16,094 bases of DNA from a virus (Duplodnaviria > Heunggongvirae > Uroviricota > Caudoviricetes). The notes beneath the pieces are model-generated. The model searched no databases. It was not told the DNA's origin and worked only from the letters and a program-made list of their open reading frames with translations. Below, piece after piece: positions 6,214 through 14,805 of the stretch (positions are counted from its first letter, which is position 1; each line of letters starts with the position of its first letter). The stretch is taken from positions 1 to 16,094 of IMG/VR virus record IMGVR_UViG_2778261454_000010. The stretch is one strand, 5' to 3'. A program made the translations under genes and the position numbers.

Positions 6214-7746
6214 ATGGCAAAAAAAAATCTGACAAGAGCCGAGAGAAATATTCTCTGGTGCGAAAGAAATATTGTTATTCCTGAAGGAAAGTTCGTGGGC
6301 CAGCCACTGAAAATGGCTGAGTTCATGAAGGATGATTTTAGGGCTATTTTCGATAACAAGCATGGCACACGTCGCGCAATTATCAGCCGTGGGCGAAAGA
6401 ACGCCAAAACGGTAGAGACCGCCATGCTGATGCTGCTCTACCTGGTGGGGCCGGAGGCGGCGCCGAACTCGCAGCTGTATTCTGCCGCACGCTCGCGTGA
6501 CCAGGCGGCCATTCTGTTTAACCTGGCCTCCAAGATGTGCCGGATGAATCCGGTGCTCATGCAGTATGTGGCGATAAAGGACTCGGCGAAAGAAATTCAC
6601 TGCCCCGAACTGGGTTCTTATTATCGGGCGCTGAGCGCAGAGGCCACGACTGCCTATGGTTTCTCGCCTCGATTTGTCGCGCATGATGAACTGGGACAGG
6701 TTCGTGGGCCCCGTGATCCCCTTTATGAAGCACTGGAAACTGCGACTGCTGCTCAGGATAACCCTATCTCGGTGATTATCAGCACTCAGGCGCCCGATGC
6801 GAGCGATCTACTCAGCCTGCTGATTGATGATGGACTGACCGGTGCTGACCCGCGCACGGTGGTCCGTCTACAGACGGCCCCGGAAGATATCGATCCTTTC
6901 TCCGTTGACGCCATAAGGCTGGCAAACCCGGCCTTCGATGTGTTTATGAACCAGAAAGAAGTGCTTGATATGGCCGCCAGCGCGAAGCGCCTCCCGTCAC
7001 GACAGGCTGAGTTTGAGAACCTTGTGCTGAATCGCAGGGTTGAAGCTAAAAGTCCTTTCGTCAGTCAGACAGTCTGGCACATGAATAAAGAAGAACCCGG
7101 CGAACTGGCAGGGGCTACCGTCTGGGGCGGGCTGGACCTTTCCAGTGTCTCGGACCTTACCGCACTGGTACTCAACACAACCCAGGGTGATGTGCACTGT
7201 AAGTTCTGGCTACCTGAAGAGGGGCTGGCGGACAAGGCGCGTAACGATCGAGTGCCTTATGACATCTGGGCCAGGCAGGGTTTTCTCAATACGACACCCG
7301 GAAAGGCCATTGAATATGCATTTATTGCGCGCGAAATGCGGCGCGTTTTCGACATTTGCAATGTCAGGGCGCTGGCGTTCGACCGTTACAACATGCGTTT
7401 CCTTCGCCCACATCTAATAGACGCAGGATTCACGGAAACTGAGCTCGAGCGGTTCGTGGAATTCGGCCAGGGCTTTGTCTCCATGTCACCTGCGCTGAGG
7501 GAGCTGGAAGCCAAGCTACTCGGAGCGCAGCTTAAACATGGCAACCATCCGATCCTCGAAATGTGCGCCAAAAACGCCACGGTTATTTCTGATCCCGCCG
7601 GAAACCGAAAGTTTGTGAAAGGTAAATCAAGCGGGCGTATCGATGGAATGGTTGCTCTGGCGATGTCAATCGGCGCCCAGACGAGTGATGAGGTGGAGGA
7701 TCCAGGCGACGTCAATGATTTCATTTATAACTTCTTGAGCGTGTAA
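6214..7746 (+). CDS. Terminase large subunit (ATPase plus nuclease)
   Basis: 510-aa product with an ATPase region (..RFVAHDELGQV.. Walker-B-like) and a C-terminal nuclease region. Standard position after TerS. The ATG at 6214 is preferred over the TTG at 6211. Confidence 0.9.
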   Translation: MAKKNLTRAERNILWCERNIVIPEGKFVGQPLKMAEFMKDDFRAIFDNKHGTRRAIISRGRKNAKTVETAMLMLLYLVGPEAAPNSQLYSAARSRDQAAILFNLASKMCRMNPVLMQYVAIKDSAKEIHCPELGSYYRALSAEATTAYGFSPRFVAHDELGQVRGPRDPLYEALETATAAQDNPISVIISTQAPDASDLLSLLIDDGLTGADPRTVVRLQTAPEDIDPFSVDAIRLANPAFDVFMNQKEVLDMAASAKRLPSRQAEFENLVLNRRVEAKSPFVSQTVWHMNKEEPGELAGATVWGGLDLSSVSDLTALVLNTTQGDVHCKFWLPEEGLADKARNDRVPYDIWARQGFLNTTPGKAIEYAFIAREMRRVFDICNVRALAFDRYNMRFLRPHLIDAGFTETELERFVEFGQGFVSMSPALRELEAKLLGAQLKHGNHPILEMCAKNATVISDPAGNRKFVKGKSSGRIDGMVALAMSIGAQTSDEVEDPGDVNDFIYNFLSV

Positions 7747-7748
7747 AA

Positions 7749-9026
7749 ATGGCAGATACCGATTACAGCATTGACCTGCGAACGCGATCGCCATTCTGGG
7801 CGCGCATGGCCTCCATCCTGACAGGGGGCCGCCTTGTGACGCCTGACAAGGGCTCGCAGATGGCAGGAACGTCCGCGCACGGTGTGGTTGGCGACTCCGT
7901 AGTGACTGACGAGCGAAATATGCAAATCAGCACTGTGTGGGCATGCATCAGGCTTATCTCTACCGTGACCGCATCATTACCCCTTGATGTCTACCAGACC
8001 AAAGACAATCAGAGAAGCAAGGTACCTGGCACACACCCTCTCGCGAGGTTACTGCGCTTCCGTCCCAACAATTTCATGACCGCGCTGGAGTTTCGTGAGG
8101 CCATGACCATGCAGCTTTGTGCTTATGGAAACGCCTACGCGCATGTGGAGCGAAACAGCGTCGGCGACGTTATCAGCATGGTTCCGCTGATGAGCGCCAA
8201 TATGGAAGTGCGGCTCAGTGAAAACGGCAAAACCATTATCTACCGCTACCAGCGTGATACTGAATATGCCAATTTTTCGCAGAAAGAAATTTTCCATCTT
8301 AAGGGTTTTGGCTTCAACGGACTGACCGGCCTGTCTCCGCTGGCGTTCAGCGCGAAGTCTGCAGGTGTCGCCATTGCCATGGAAGACAATCAGCGTGAGT
8401 TTTTCGCAAACGGCGCGAAGTCTCCTCAGATTCTGATGACCGATGGCAAGGTGCTTACCAAAGAGCAGCGTGGACAGCTGGAGGAAAACTTCAAGGAGAT
8501 TGCTGGCGGCCCGGTTAAAAAGCGCCTCTGGATCCTGGAGAGCGGTTTTACGACTCAAGCTATTGGCGTCTCTCCTCAGGACTCGGAAATTCTGGCCGCG
8601 CGAAAGTTTCAGGTTGCCGAGCTGGCGCGGTTCTATGGTGTACCGCCGCACCTGGTCGGTGATGTGGAAAAAACAACATCGTGGGGCTCGGGGATTGAGC
8701 AGCAAAACCTGGGCTTTCTCCAGTACACCCTCAAGCCCTATCTCGATCGGTGGGAGTACAGCATTGAACGCTGGCTGGTTAAAGAGTCCGAACAGGGCAC
8801 TATTCACGCTGAGCATAACCTCGATGGGCTGCTGCGCGGTGATTCAACAAGCCGGGCATCGTTTATGCAGATCATGGTTAACACCGGGATCCGAACCGTT
8901 AACGAAGTGCGGCGACTGGACAACCTGCCGCCTCTGCCAGGGGGTGACGTTGCCACCCGCCAGTCGCAGAACGTACCCATTACCGACCTTGGAACAAACA
9001 ATAAGTCCCTCAATGAAGGGACTTAA
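7749..9026 (+). CDS. Portal protein (HK97 family)
   Basis: 425-aa ORF starting 2 nt after the TerL stop. Size, position and sequence character match HK97-type portals. Confidence 0.85.
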   Translation: MADTDYSIDLRTRSPFWARMASILTGGRLVTPDKGSQMAGTSAHGVVGDSVVTDERNMQISTVWACIRLISTVTASLPLDVYQTKDNQRSKVPGTHPLARLLRFRPNNFMTALEFREAMTMQLCAYGNAYAHVERNSVGDVISMVPLMSANMEVRLSENGKTIIYRYQRDTEYANFSQKEIFHLKGFGFNGLTGLSPLAFSAKSAGVAIAMEDNQREFFANGAKSPQILMTDGKVLTKEQRGQLEENFKEIAGGPVKKRLWILESGFTTQAIGVSPQDSEILAARKFQVAELARFYGVPPHLVGDVEKTTSWGSGIEQQNLGFLQYTLKPYLDRWEYSIERWLVKESEQGTIHAEHNLDGLLRGDSTSRASFMQIMVNTGIRTVNEVRRLDNLPPLPGGDVATRQSQNVPITDLGTNNKSLNEGT

Positions 9027-9031
9027 TTTTT

Positions 9032-9712
9032 ATGGGGGCCATGATGCCTGACATTCACAAAACACTGGCTTTTGACCAGACCGAAATTAAGTTCACCGGC
9101 GACGGTGAAAGCGGCATCTTTGAGGGGTACGCCTCCGTTTTTAATAATACTGATTCTGACGGCGATATTATCCTTCCCGGCGCATTCAGCGGTGTTATTT
9201 CCGGTCAGAGCCGTAAGGTGGCGATGTTCTTTAACCATCAGACGCGCGCTATCCCGGTCGGCAAATGGGATTCCATGCATGAGGATGAAAAAGGTTTGTT
9301 TGTCCGTGGGCAACTCACTCCAGGACTAAGCCTCTCTGAAGACCTGAAAGCGGCGATGAAACATGGCACCGTTGATGGGATGTCAGTGGGATTCTCTGTT
9401 GGCCCTGATGATTACACCGTTGGTTCGTCCGGCCTCATCTTCAAAAATATTTCGTATCTGCGGGAAATCAGTGTCTGCACTTTCCCGGCCAACGAGCTGG
9501 CGGGTATCACCGCCATGAAGTGCATCGACAGTATCAAAACCATTCGTGACGCGGAGGCCTGGCTGAGGGATTCAGTCGGCTTAACGCGCGCAGAAGCGCA
9601 GGCCTTTATTGCCCGCGTGAAGTCCGCAGGCCGGAGCGAGTCCGGTAGCGGCGACATTGACGCGCTGGCACAGCGCATAACTTCATTTGCCGCTAATCTG
9701 CGGAATACATAA
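9032..9712 (+). CDS. Prohead maturation protease (HK97 gp4-like)
   Basis: 226-aa ORF between the portal and capsid genes. The N-terminal region (..FEGYASVFNNTDSDGDIILPGAFSG..FFNHQTRAIPVGKW..) is typical of HK97-family prohead proteases. Confidence 0.85.
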   Translation: MGAMMPDIHKTLAFDQTEIKFTGDGESGIFEGYASVFNNTDSDGDIILPGAFSGVISGQSRKVAMFFNHQTRAIPVGKWDSMHEDEKGLFVRGQLTPGLSLSEDLKAAMKHGTVDGMSVGFSVGPDDYTVGSSGLIFKNISYLREISVCTFPANELAGITAMKCIDSIKTIRDAEAWLRDSVGLTRAEAQAFIARVKSAGRSESGSGDIDALAQRITSFAANLRNT

Positions 9713-9723
9713 CGGAGTACCAC

Positions 9724-10887
9724 ATGTCTGAATTAGCAACCCTCGAAAAAGCGATTGAGAATTCACAGAAAGAAGTGAAAGAACTCATCGAAGAGCAGCG
9801 TAAATCCATCAGCCAGAACGGCGAAATCAACAAACAGCTGCAGACCGACCTGACCAAAGCGCAGGAAGAGCTGAAAACCACCGGCTCCCGCCTGTTCGAT
9901 CTGGAACAGAAGCTGGCCGGAAACTCACCTGACCAGACCACCCAGAAGTCCTTTGCGGAGCGCGTTTCTGAAGACCTGATGAAAGGCTGGGACGGCTCCC
10001 GTACCAAAGCGAAAGTCACCAGTTTCGATAAGGCGATCGGTTCTGGCGCTGCATCCGCCGGTGTGCTTGTACAGCCCCAGCAGGTACCTGGTATTCTGAT
10101 GCCGGGCCTGCGTCGCCTGACCGTTCGTGACCTGCTGGCACAAGGGCGCATCACCAGTAACGCGCTGGAATATGTGCGTGAAAATGTGTTCACCAACGCC
10201 GCCGCACCGGTTGCTGAAGGTACCCTCAAACCAGAGAGTAATATCACGTTCACCAAAGAAACAGCGAATGTCAAAACCATTGCCCACTGGATCCAGGCAT
10301 CACGCCAGATTATGGATGACGCCCCGGCGCTGCAGTCCTATATCAACTCCCGCATGATGTACGGTCTCGCGCTGGTGGAAGAGAATCAGATGCTTAACGG
10401 TGATGGCACCGGCGACAACCTCCAGGGGTTGAACGTGGTGGCGAACGAATACGAAACCGCACTTAACGCGACCGGGGATACTGGTGCTGATGTTCTGGCG
10501 CATGCCATCTACCAGGTGTCGCTAAGTGAGTTCGAAGCCGACGGCATCATTCTCAACCCGGCTGACTGGCATCGCATCGCATTGCTGAAGGACGCCAATG
10601 GCAATTACATCCTCGGCGGCCCTCAGGCGTTTGCGTCAAAAGTGCTCTGGGGCCTGCCGGTTGTATCAACAACCGCGCAGACGGCAGGAAAGTTCACCGT
10701 TGGTGCATTTGGCCTGGCGTCTCAGGTGTGGGACCGCATGGATGCCACTATCGAAATCAGTAACCAGGATCGCGATAACTTCGTTAAAAACATGCTGACC
10801 ATTCTGTGCGAAGAGCGTCTGGCTCTGGCGCACTACCGTCCCGCAGCTATCGTCACTGGCGATATTGCGATTTCTTCCGGCGAATAA
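9724..10887 (+). CDS. Major capsid protein (HK97 fold) with N-terminal delta/scaffolding domain
   Basis: ATG at 9724 with GGAG upstream. The first ~100 aa form a charged coiled-coil-like region (delta domain), followed by a capsid-fold region (..AEGTLKPESNITF..). Standard position after the protease. Confidence 0.9.
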   Translation: MSELATLEKAIENSQKEVKELIEEQRKSISQNGEINKQLQTDLTKAQEELKTTGSRLFDLEQKLAGNSPDQTTQKSFAERVSEDLMKGWDGSRTKAKVTSFDKAIGSGAASAGVLVQPQQVPGILMPGLRRLTVRDLLAQGRITSNALEYVRENVFTNAAAPVAEGTLKPESNITFTKETANVKTIAHWIQASRQIMDDAPALQSYINSRMMYGLALVEENQMLNGDGTGDNLQGLNVVANEYETALNATGDTGADVLAHAIYQVSLSEFEADGIILNPADWHRIALLKDANGNYILGGPQAFASKVLWGLPVVSTTAQTAGKFTVGAFGLASQVWDRMDATIEISNQDRDNFVKNMLTILCEERLALAHYRPAAIVTGDIAISSGE

Positions 10888-10895
10888 CAGCAGGG

Positions 10896-10918
10896 CGCGG
10901 TCAGAAATGGCCGCGTTT
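10896..10918 (+). terminator. Weak stem-loop after the capsid gene (possible partial terminator)
   Basis: CGCGG - 10-nt loop - CCGCG followed by TTT. Short stem and short T-tract, so likely low efficiency. Confidence 0.3.
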
Positions 10919-10923
10919 ACGAT

Positions 10924-11166
10924 ATGAAAATTAAAGCTCTCCGTATGTTCTCACATTACCACCTCGGAACTGTATCCCAAGGCGAGAGCCGGGTGGTGAA
11001 GAAAGAGATCGGCGACGCGCTGGTGAAACTGCGCCTTGCCGAAGAGATTGAACCCGAAAAGGCGGAAACTTCCGTTCCTGAAAAGCCTGTAAAAACCAAA
11101 GCCGGGGGTAAAGGTGGAAATAAGCGCGGAGCAGATGGCGCTGATAAAGGCGCATCTGAGGGTTGA
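10924..11166 (+). CDS. Small hypothetical protein after the capsid gene (Lys/Gly-rich C-terminus)
   Basis: 80-aa ORF with no clear Shine-Dalgarno sequence. Its 3' end overlaps the start of the connector gene. Confidence 0.35.
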   Translation: MKIKALRMFSHYHLGTVSQGESRVVKKEIGDALVKLRLAEEIEPEKAETSVPEKPVKTKAGGKGGNKRGADGADKGASEG

Positions 11167-11440
11167 TAGTGACGCTGAAGATTCGCTAATCACCGCTTAT
11201 ACATCAGCGGCCGTCGATTATGTTGAGCAGTTCTGCGACGGCGCGCTGGTGGAATCGTTAACGCCGCCGGAGGAAGGGGAAATGCCACCTCGTGAGATCC
11301 TGTTTACTCCCGGTATCTGGGCAGCAATGCTTTTGCTGATTGCACACTGGTATGCGAACCGCGAAGCAGCAGCGCAGAACCTCACGGAAATGCCTTTAGG
11401 TGTTGAGGCGCTGTTAATACGGCACCGGAGGTGGCACTGA
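11114..11440 (+). CDS. Head-tail connector (gp6-like adaptor) protein
   Basis: Translation ..EISAEQMALIKAHLRVDSDAEDSLITAYTSAAVDYVEQ.. matches the characteristic N-terminus of gp6-like connectors. The start is uncertain: GTG at 11114 or ATG at 11135. Confidence 0.65.
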   Translation: MEISAEQMALIKAHLRVDSDAEDSLITAYTSAAVDYVEQFCDGALVESLTPPEEGEMPPREILFTPGIWAAMLLLIAHWYANREAAAQNLTEMPLGVEALLIRHRRWH

Positions 11441-11500
11441 TGGCATGTTCCGGGTGCGCCGCCCGTCGAGAGTGGCTTAAAAAGTGGATGAAAATCGCCT

Positions 11501-11686
11501 ATGAACGAGCAACAGGTAAAAAATCTGCTGGCAGCAATGACCGCGCAGACCAACGCAATGAACCGCCTGGCGGAGTCAAATGAAGCCCTGGTCGCTTTAC
11601 TCTATCAATCCCTCGCTGATGACATCGAAACGACAACGTTAGATTCCCCGGTGCCGACCTACCTAAGCGGAAAGCCCAGGGGGTAG
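11501..11686 (+). CDS. Small hypothetical head-tail region protein
   Basis: 61-aa helical ORF whose TAG stop is immediately followed by the ATG of the head-closure gene. Weak ribosome-binding site. Confidence 0.35.
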   Translation: MNEQQVKNLLAAMTAQTNAMNRLAESNEALVALLYQSLADDIETTTLDSPVPTYLSGKPRG

Positions 11687-11688
11687 CG

Positions 11689-12021
11689 ATGCAGGCTGGA
11701 AAGCTCAATAAACGAATCACGCTTCAGAAGCCTGTTAAAACCCAGAGCCCTGTTACCGGCGCAGTAGTTAGTGGATGGGCTGATGTGTCTGAGCTTTGGG
11801 CTAACGTTGCCGATTTGTCAGCCCGTGACTTTGTTGCCGCGCAAGCGGGGCAGAGCGAGGTAACAACGCGGATCACTATCCGCTGGCGTGATGATGTCAC
11901 GGATAAGCATCGCATTCTTTACCGTGGGCGTGTTTACGACATTCAGGGTGTACTGGAAGATGATAAAAGCGGACGGGAATATCTGACGCTACCCTGCTCG
12001 CGAGGTGTTAACGATGGCTGA
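11689..12021 (+). CDS. Head closure / head-tail joining protein (SPP1 gp16-like)
   Basis: ATG at 11689 with AGGGGG upstream. The translation ..KRITLQKPVKTQ..TRITIRWRDDVTDKHRILYRGRVYDIQGV..LTLPC.. fits the family pattern. Confidence 0.65.
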   Translation: MQAGKLNKRITLQKPVKTQSPVTGAVVSGWADVSELWANVADLSARDFVAAQAGQSEVTTRITIRWRDDVTDKHRILYRGRVYDIQGVLEDDKSGREYLTLPCSRGVNDG

Positions 12022-12553
12022 TGGCATTGATTTTAGTATAACCGGGGTCGATTCACTTCTGGGGAAGCTGGACAGTATCAGCGATGATCTGCGCCGCCGT
12101 GGTGGTCGGGCAGCACTTCGTAAGGCGGCAAATGTGATTGCCGCTAAAGCCAGAGATAACGCAGCCCGTGTGGATGATCCGCTAACCAAGGAATCGATTA
12201 GCAAAAATATTGTGGCCAGATGGAGCAATGTTACATTCCGAAGAACCGGTAATCTGGCTTTCAGGGTTGGCGTTTTGGGCGGAGCCATTTCGTATGCTGA
12301 TTCAAGAGAAAACAGGCGGAAAGGTCGTGCGGGAAGATTGTATTACACCCCCGGCAATTCACAAAATCCAGGCGGGAATACCTGGTACTGGCGTTTTTTG
12401 GAGTTTGGCACAGAAAATATGCCAGCCCAGCCCATTCTTCGCCCGGCAGCGCAAGGCAGTGTGGACGAAGTGGTAAGCGTATTCGCCTCGGAATACGAAA
12501 AGTCTATTGACCGTGCCATCAGGCGCGCGGCGAAAAAAGGAGTACCCCCGTGA
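12014..12553 (+). CDS. HK97 gp10-like head-tail/tail component protein
   Basis: ATG at 12014 with GAGGTG six nt upstream, overlapping the end of the previous gene. Size and position are consistent with the family. Confidence 0.6.
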   Translation: MADGIDFSITGVDSLLGKLDSISDDLRRRGGRAALRKAANVIAAKARDNAARVDDPLTKESISKNIVARWSNVTFRRTGNLAFRVGVLGGAISYADSRENRRKGRAGRLYYTPGNSQNPGGNTWYWRFLEFGTENMPAQPILRPAAQGSVDEVVSVFASEYEKSIDRAIRRAAKKGVPP

Positions 12554-12915
12554 TTGCGCCGATCTTTATCGTCTGCGCCGCAAGTCCTCCGGTGGTTGCG
12601 CTACTGGGCGGTGACACACTGCGCCTGTATCCGTTCGGCCAGCAGGACGACAACGTGGTCTATCCCTATGTGGTCTGGCAGAACATCACCGGTTCTCCGG
12701 AGAACTACCTTGCCCAGCGCCCTGATGCAGACTTTTTCACGCTGCAGGTGGATGCATATGCCGACACAGTGGATGAAGTGATTGCCGTGGCTACTGCGCT
12801 GCGGGATGCCATTGAGCCGCACGCGCATATCACGCGCTGGGGCGGACAGGAAAGAGATCCCGAAACAAAACGCTATCGCTATTCGTTCGATGTGGACTGG
12901 ATAGTCAATCGATAA
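12550..12915 (+). CDS. Tail completion / tail terminator protein (DUF3168-like)
   Basis: GTG at 12550 overlaps the upstream TGA, with AAGGAG eight nt upstream. 121-aa product in the expected slot before the major tail gene. Confidence 0.55.
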   Translation: MIAPIFIVCAASPPVVALLGGDTLRLYPFGQQDDNVVYPYVVWQNITGSPENYLAQRPDADFFTLQVDAYADTVDEVIAVATALRDAIEPHAHITRWGGQERDPETKRYRYSFDVDWIVNR

Positions 12916-12925
12916 GAACCTTCCC

Positions 12926-12949
12926 AACCGGCCTTGAGCCGGTTTTTTT
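12926..12949 (+). terminator. Rho-independent terminator
   Basis: Stem AACCGGC / GCCGGTT with loop CTTGA, followed by a run of seven T. Confidence 0.7.
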
Positions 12950-12966
12950 ATGACCGGAGATAATAA

Positions 12967-13464
12967 ATGTCTGTATTAACTCAAGGCACACAACTCTTTG
13001 TGCTTGCCAGTGGCGCGGTGAGCGAAATCGAGTGTATCACTGCATTTTCGCCTGGTAGTAACCCTGCCGACCAGATTGAAGACACGTGTCTTTCTGAAAA
13101 GTTTGACCGCTCCTATAAGCGGGGCCTACGAACTCCCGGGACCGCCTCACTCACTCTGAATGCCGACCCAAAAAATACCAGCCACGTGATGCTGCACAAC
13201 CTGTCGATTTCCGATGATGAGAGCGATCAGGATCTGACGTTTGCGATTGGCTGGGCCGATGGTACAGCGTCACCAACAGTTGCTACCGAAGAGGCAAGCG
13301 GTGCTGTTGATGGGCTGGTGCTCCCGGACAGCCGTACGTGGTTTGTTTTTAAAGGTTACGTCTCCGACTTCCCTTTTGATTTTGCAGCAAACACGGTCGT
13401 CTCCACCTCCGCATCTATCCAGCGTTCCGGTTCTGCGGTGTGGGTTCCTAAGGCAGCTTCTTAA
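12967..13464 (+). CDS. Major tail (tube) protein
   Basis: ATG at 12967 with GGAGA upstream. 165-aa beta-rich protein in the position immediately before the G/G-T chaperone genes. Confidence 0.6.
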   Translation: MSVLTQGTQLFVLASGAVSEIECITAFSPGSNPADQIEDTCLSEKFDRSYKRGLRTPGTASLTLNADPKNTSHVMLHNLSISDDESDQDLTFAIGWADGTASPTVATEEASGAVDGLVLPDSRTWFVFKGYVSDFPFDFAANTVVSTSASIQRSGSAVWVPKAAS

Positions 13465-13468
13465 ACTG

Positions 13469-13487
13469 ATGGGGCTTGATGCCCCAT
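13469..13487 (+). promoter_or_regulatory. Stem-loop between the major tail and chaperone genes
   Basis: ATGGGGC - TTGAT - GCCCCAT, a 7-bp perfect stem followed by TTTC; a possible attenuator or partial terminator. Confidence 0.3.
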
Positions 13488-13501
13488 TTCGAGAGACAAA
13501 A

Positions 13502-13987
13502 ATGAAATTAACGCTTGAAGCACTCAAGGAGTCCGGCGCGTTTACCGGCCGTCCGGTTGAGAAAGAGATATCCTGGAAACAGGGCGATAAGAAAATCACT
13601 GCGACCGTGTATGTTCGCCCGATGGGGTATCACACAGCGACGTCCGATGTACTGGCATTTGGGGGTAAGGTGGATGGTGTGGCAGGACGCATTGCAGCAT
13701 CTATCTGCGATGAACTGGGTAAGCCTGTCTTCACCCCGGCAGACATCACTGGTGAGGCCGACCCTGAGCGTGGTGCGCTGGATGGTGGTCTGACGGTTGC
13801 GCTACTGTTGGCTATTCAGGAAGTTAACGATCTGGGAAAGACTTCGAGCTCAGCGCCGAAGACGAATTCTGGTGCGAGCTCGTCCTCAACGGAATCGGAG
13901 GTAAAACGATCGCCGAAGCGCGTGAGTCGCTCTCATTCAAAGAGTCCCAGCTCTGGGCAAAATACCGGGAAAGATATGGAAGCCTGA
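13502..13987 (+). CDS. Tail assembly chaperone G (zero-frame product)
   Basis: ATG at 13502. Contains the slip heptamer G_GGA_AAG at 13834-13840 in the correct phase. The zero-frame sequence after the slip site is Ser-rich and low-complexity. Confidence 0.7.
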   Translation: MKLTLEALKESGAFTGRPVEKEISWKQGDKKITATVYVRPMGYHTATSDVLAFGGKVDGVAGRIAASICDELGKPVFTPADITGEADPERGALDGGLTVALLLAIQEVNDLGKTSSSAPKTNSGASSSSTESEVKRSPKRVSRSHSKSPSSGQNTGKDMEA

Positions 13988-14211
13988 ACCCGATGATGCG
14001 GGTTGAGTGGGGGGCTGGGCTGGTGGCCAGCATGATAGCCAACGTCAACAGAGACCCCAAACATCCACCATTCACTCCGACCGATTTCACACTGCACTTC
14101 ACCAAAGTCAAAGCTGTTGATGGGCCAATCTCGTTATGGGGATCGGCGTTGAAAACACGCCCAGCGGCATGCAGTCGCAGGTTGTTTTCCTCGCTGACCG
14201 CTTTGCAGTGA
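13502..14211 (+). CDS. Tail assembly chaperone G-T fusion, made by programmed -1 ribosomal frameshift at 13834-13840
   Basis: The -1 frame is open from 13840 to the TGA at 14209-14211 and encodes protein-like sequence (..DFELSAEDEFWCELVLNGIGGKTIAEARESLSFKESQLWAKYRERYG..). The architecture matches lambda G/G-T. Confidence 0.6.
13834..13840 (+). other. Programmed -1 frameshift slippery heptamer GGGAAAG
   Basis: Exact X_XXY_YYZ heptamer (G GGA AAG) positioned in the G reading frame; the same heptamer is used by lambda G-T. Confidence 0.75.
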
Positions 14212-14495
14212 CAACGGCTGTCGGCGGCGTGACGACGCTACCGTTCGTTATTCAGAACGGGCAGACGATAATCCGGGATACAGTAATCGGTGATGGAACT
14301 ATCAGCAACGCCAAAATCGGTAACTACATTCAGTCCAATAACTATGTCGCGAACACCAGCGGCTGGCACATCAATAAAGCCGGAACATTTTATATAAATG
14401 GCAGCGCGGGAACCGGTCGGATGGTTATCAGTAATACATTGATTCAGATTTACGATAACAACAACGTTCTGCGCGTTCGTATGGGCTTATGGTAA
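14121..14495 (+). pseudogene. C-terminal fragment of a tail protein (central fibre / host-specificity J-like or tail fibre), with no start of its own
   Basis: The frame opens right after a TGA at 14118-14120, has no Shine-Dalgarno sequence, and encodes ..FLADRFAVTTAVGGVTTLPFVIQNGQTIIRDTVIGDGTISNAKIGNYIQSNNYVANTSGWHINKAGTFYINGSAG.. (beta-rich, fibre-like). It occupies the slot where a tape-measure gene should begin. Confidence 0.35.
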
Positions 14496-14505
14496 GGAGT
14501 TGATT

Positions 14506-14805
14506 ATGCCTCAAGGGGTACAATGCTGGGATGCATCAGGCAATCTTGTCGCTGACATTGGTGATTATAATTGTCGTTATGTGGGCTCTCTGGTTATTTC
14601 AGTCCCTGCAAGTGCGACGGTCGTTACCACAAGTTATGCAGGTGCAACAGCAGCTGGTTACTTTGCGGTGCCAGTATCGGTATCAGCTGGCCGTGAAATT
14701 GGTTATTACTACTGTCGGGCATACGATGGAGGAATAAGAACATTTATTCTTTTAAAATATGCTTATGCCCATACAGTGACTGTTAATGTGTACGCATTTA
14801 TATGA
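14506..14805 (+). CDS. Hypothetical protein (99 aa), first gene of an AT-rich module
   Basis: ATG at 14506 with AAGGAG six nt upstream. Beta-rich, Tyr/Gly/Ala-rich translation. Its stop overlaps the next start (ATGA at 14802-14805). Confidence 0.5.
   Translation: MPQGVQCWDASGNLVADIGDYNCRYVGSLVISVPASATVVTTSYAGATAAGYFAVPVSVSAGREIGYYYCRAYDGGIRTFILLKYAYAHTVTVNVYAFI

Noticed and set aside
6219-6227. A9 homopolymer at the start of TerL, considered as a possible slippage or phase-variation tract
   Set aside because: It simply encodes Lys-Lys-Asn in frame after Met-Ala; there is no alternative-frame ORF to switch to and no repeat expansion pattern.
6109-6684. 191-aa minus-strand ORF spanning the TerS/TerL junction
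   Set aside because: Antisense to the terminase genes; no start context and a low-complexity translation.
8049-8816. 255-aa minus-strand ORF inside the portal gene
   Set aside because: It is antisense to a well-supported structural gene, has no start context, and its translation is Arg/Leu-rich and low-complexity. Long antisense open frames are expected at this GC content.
9693-10280. 195-aa minus-strand ORF inside the major capsid gene
   Set aside because: Antisense to the capsid gene; Arg/Ser/Cys-rich translation typical of non-coding frames.
13241-13501. N-terminal extension of the chaperone ORF (start at 13241) overlapping the major tail gene
   Set aside because: That portion overlaps the major tail coding sequence in another frame and reads as Arg/Leu-rich noise. 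The ATG at 13502 downstream of the stem-loop gives the expected G-protein N-terminus.
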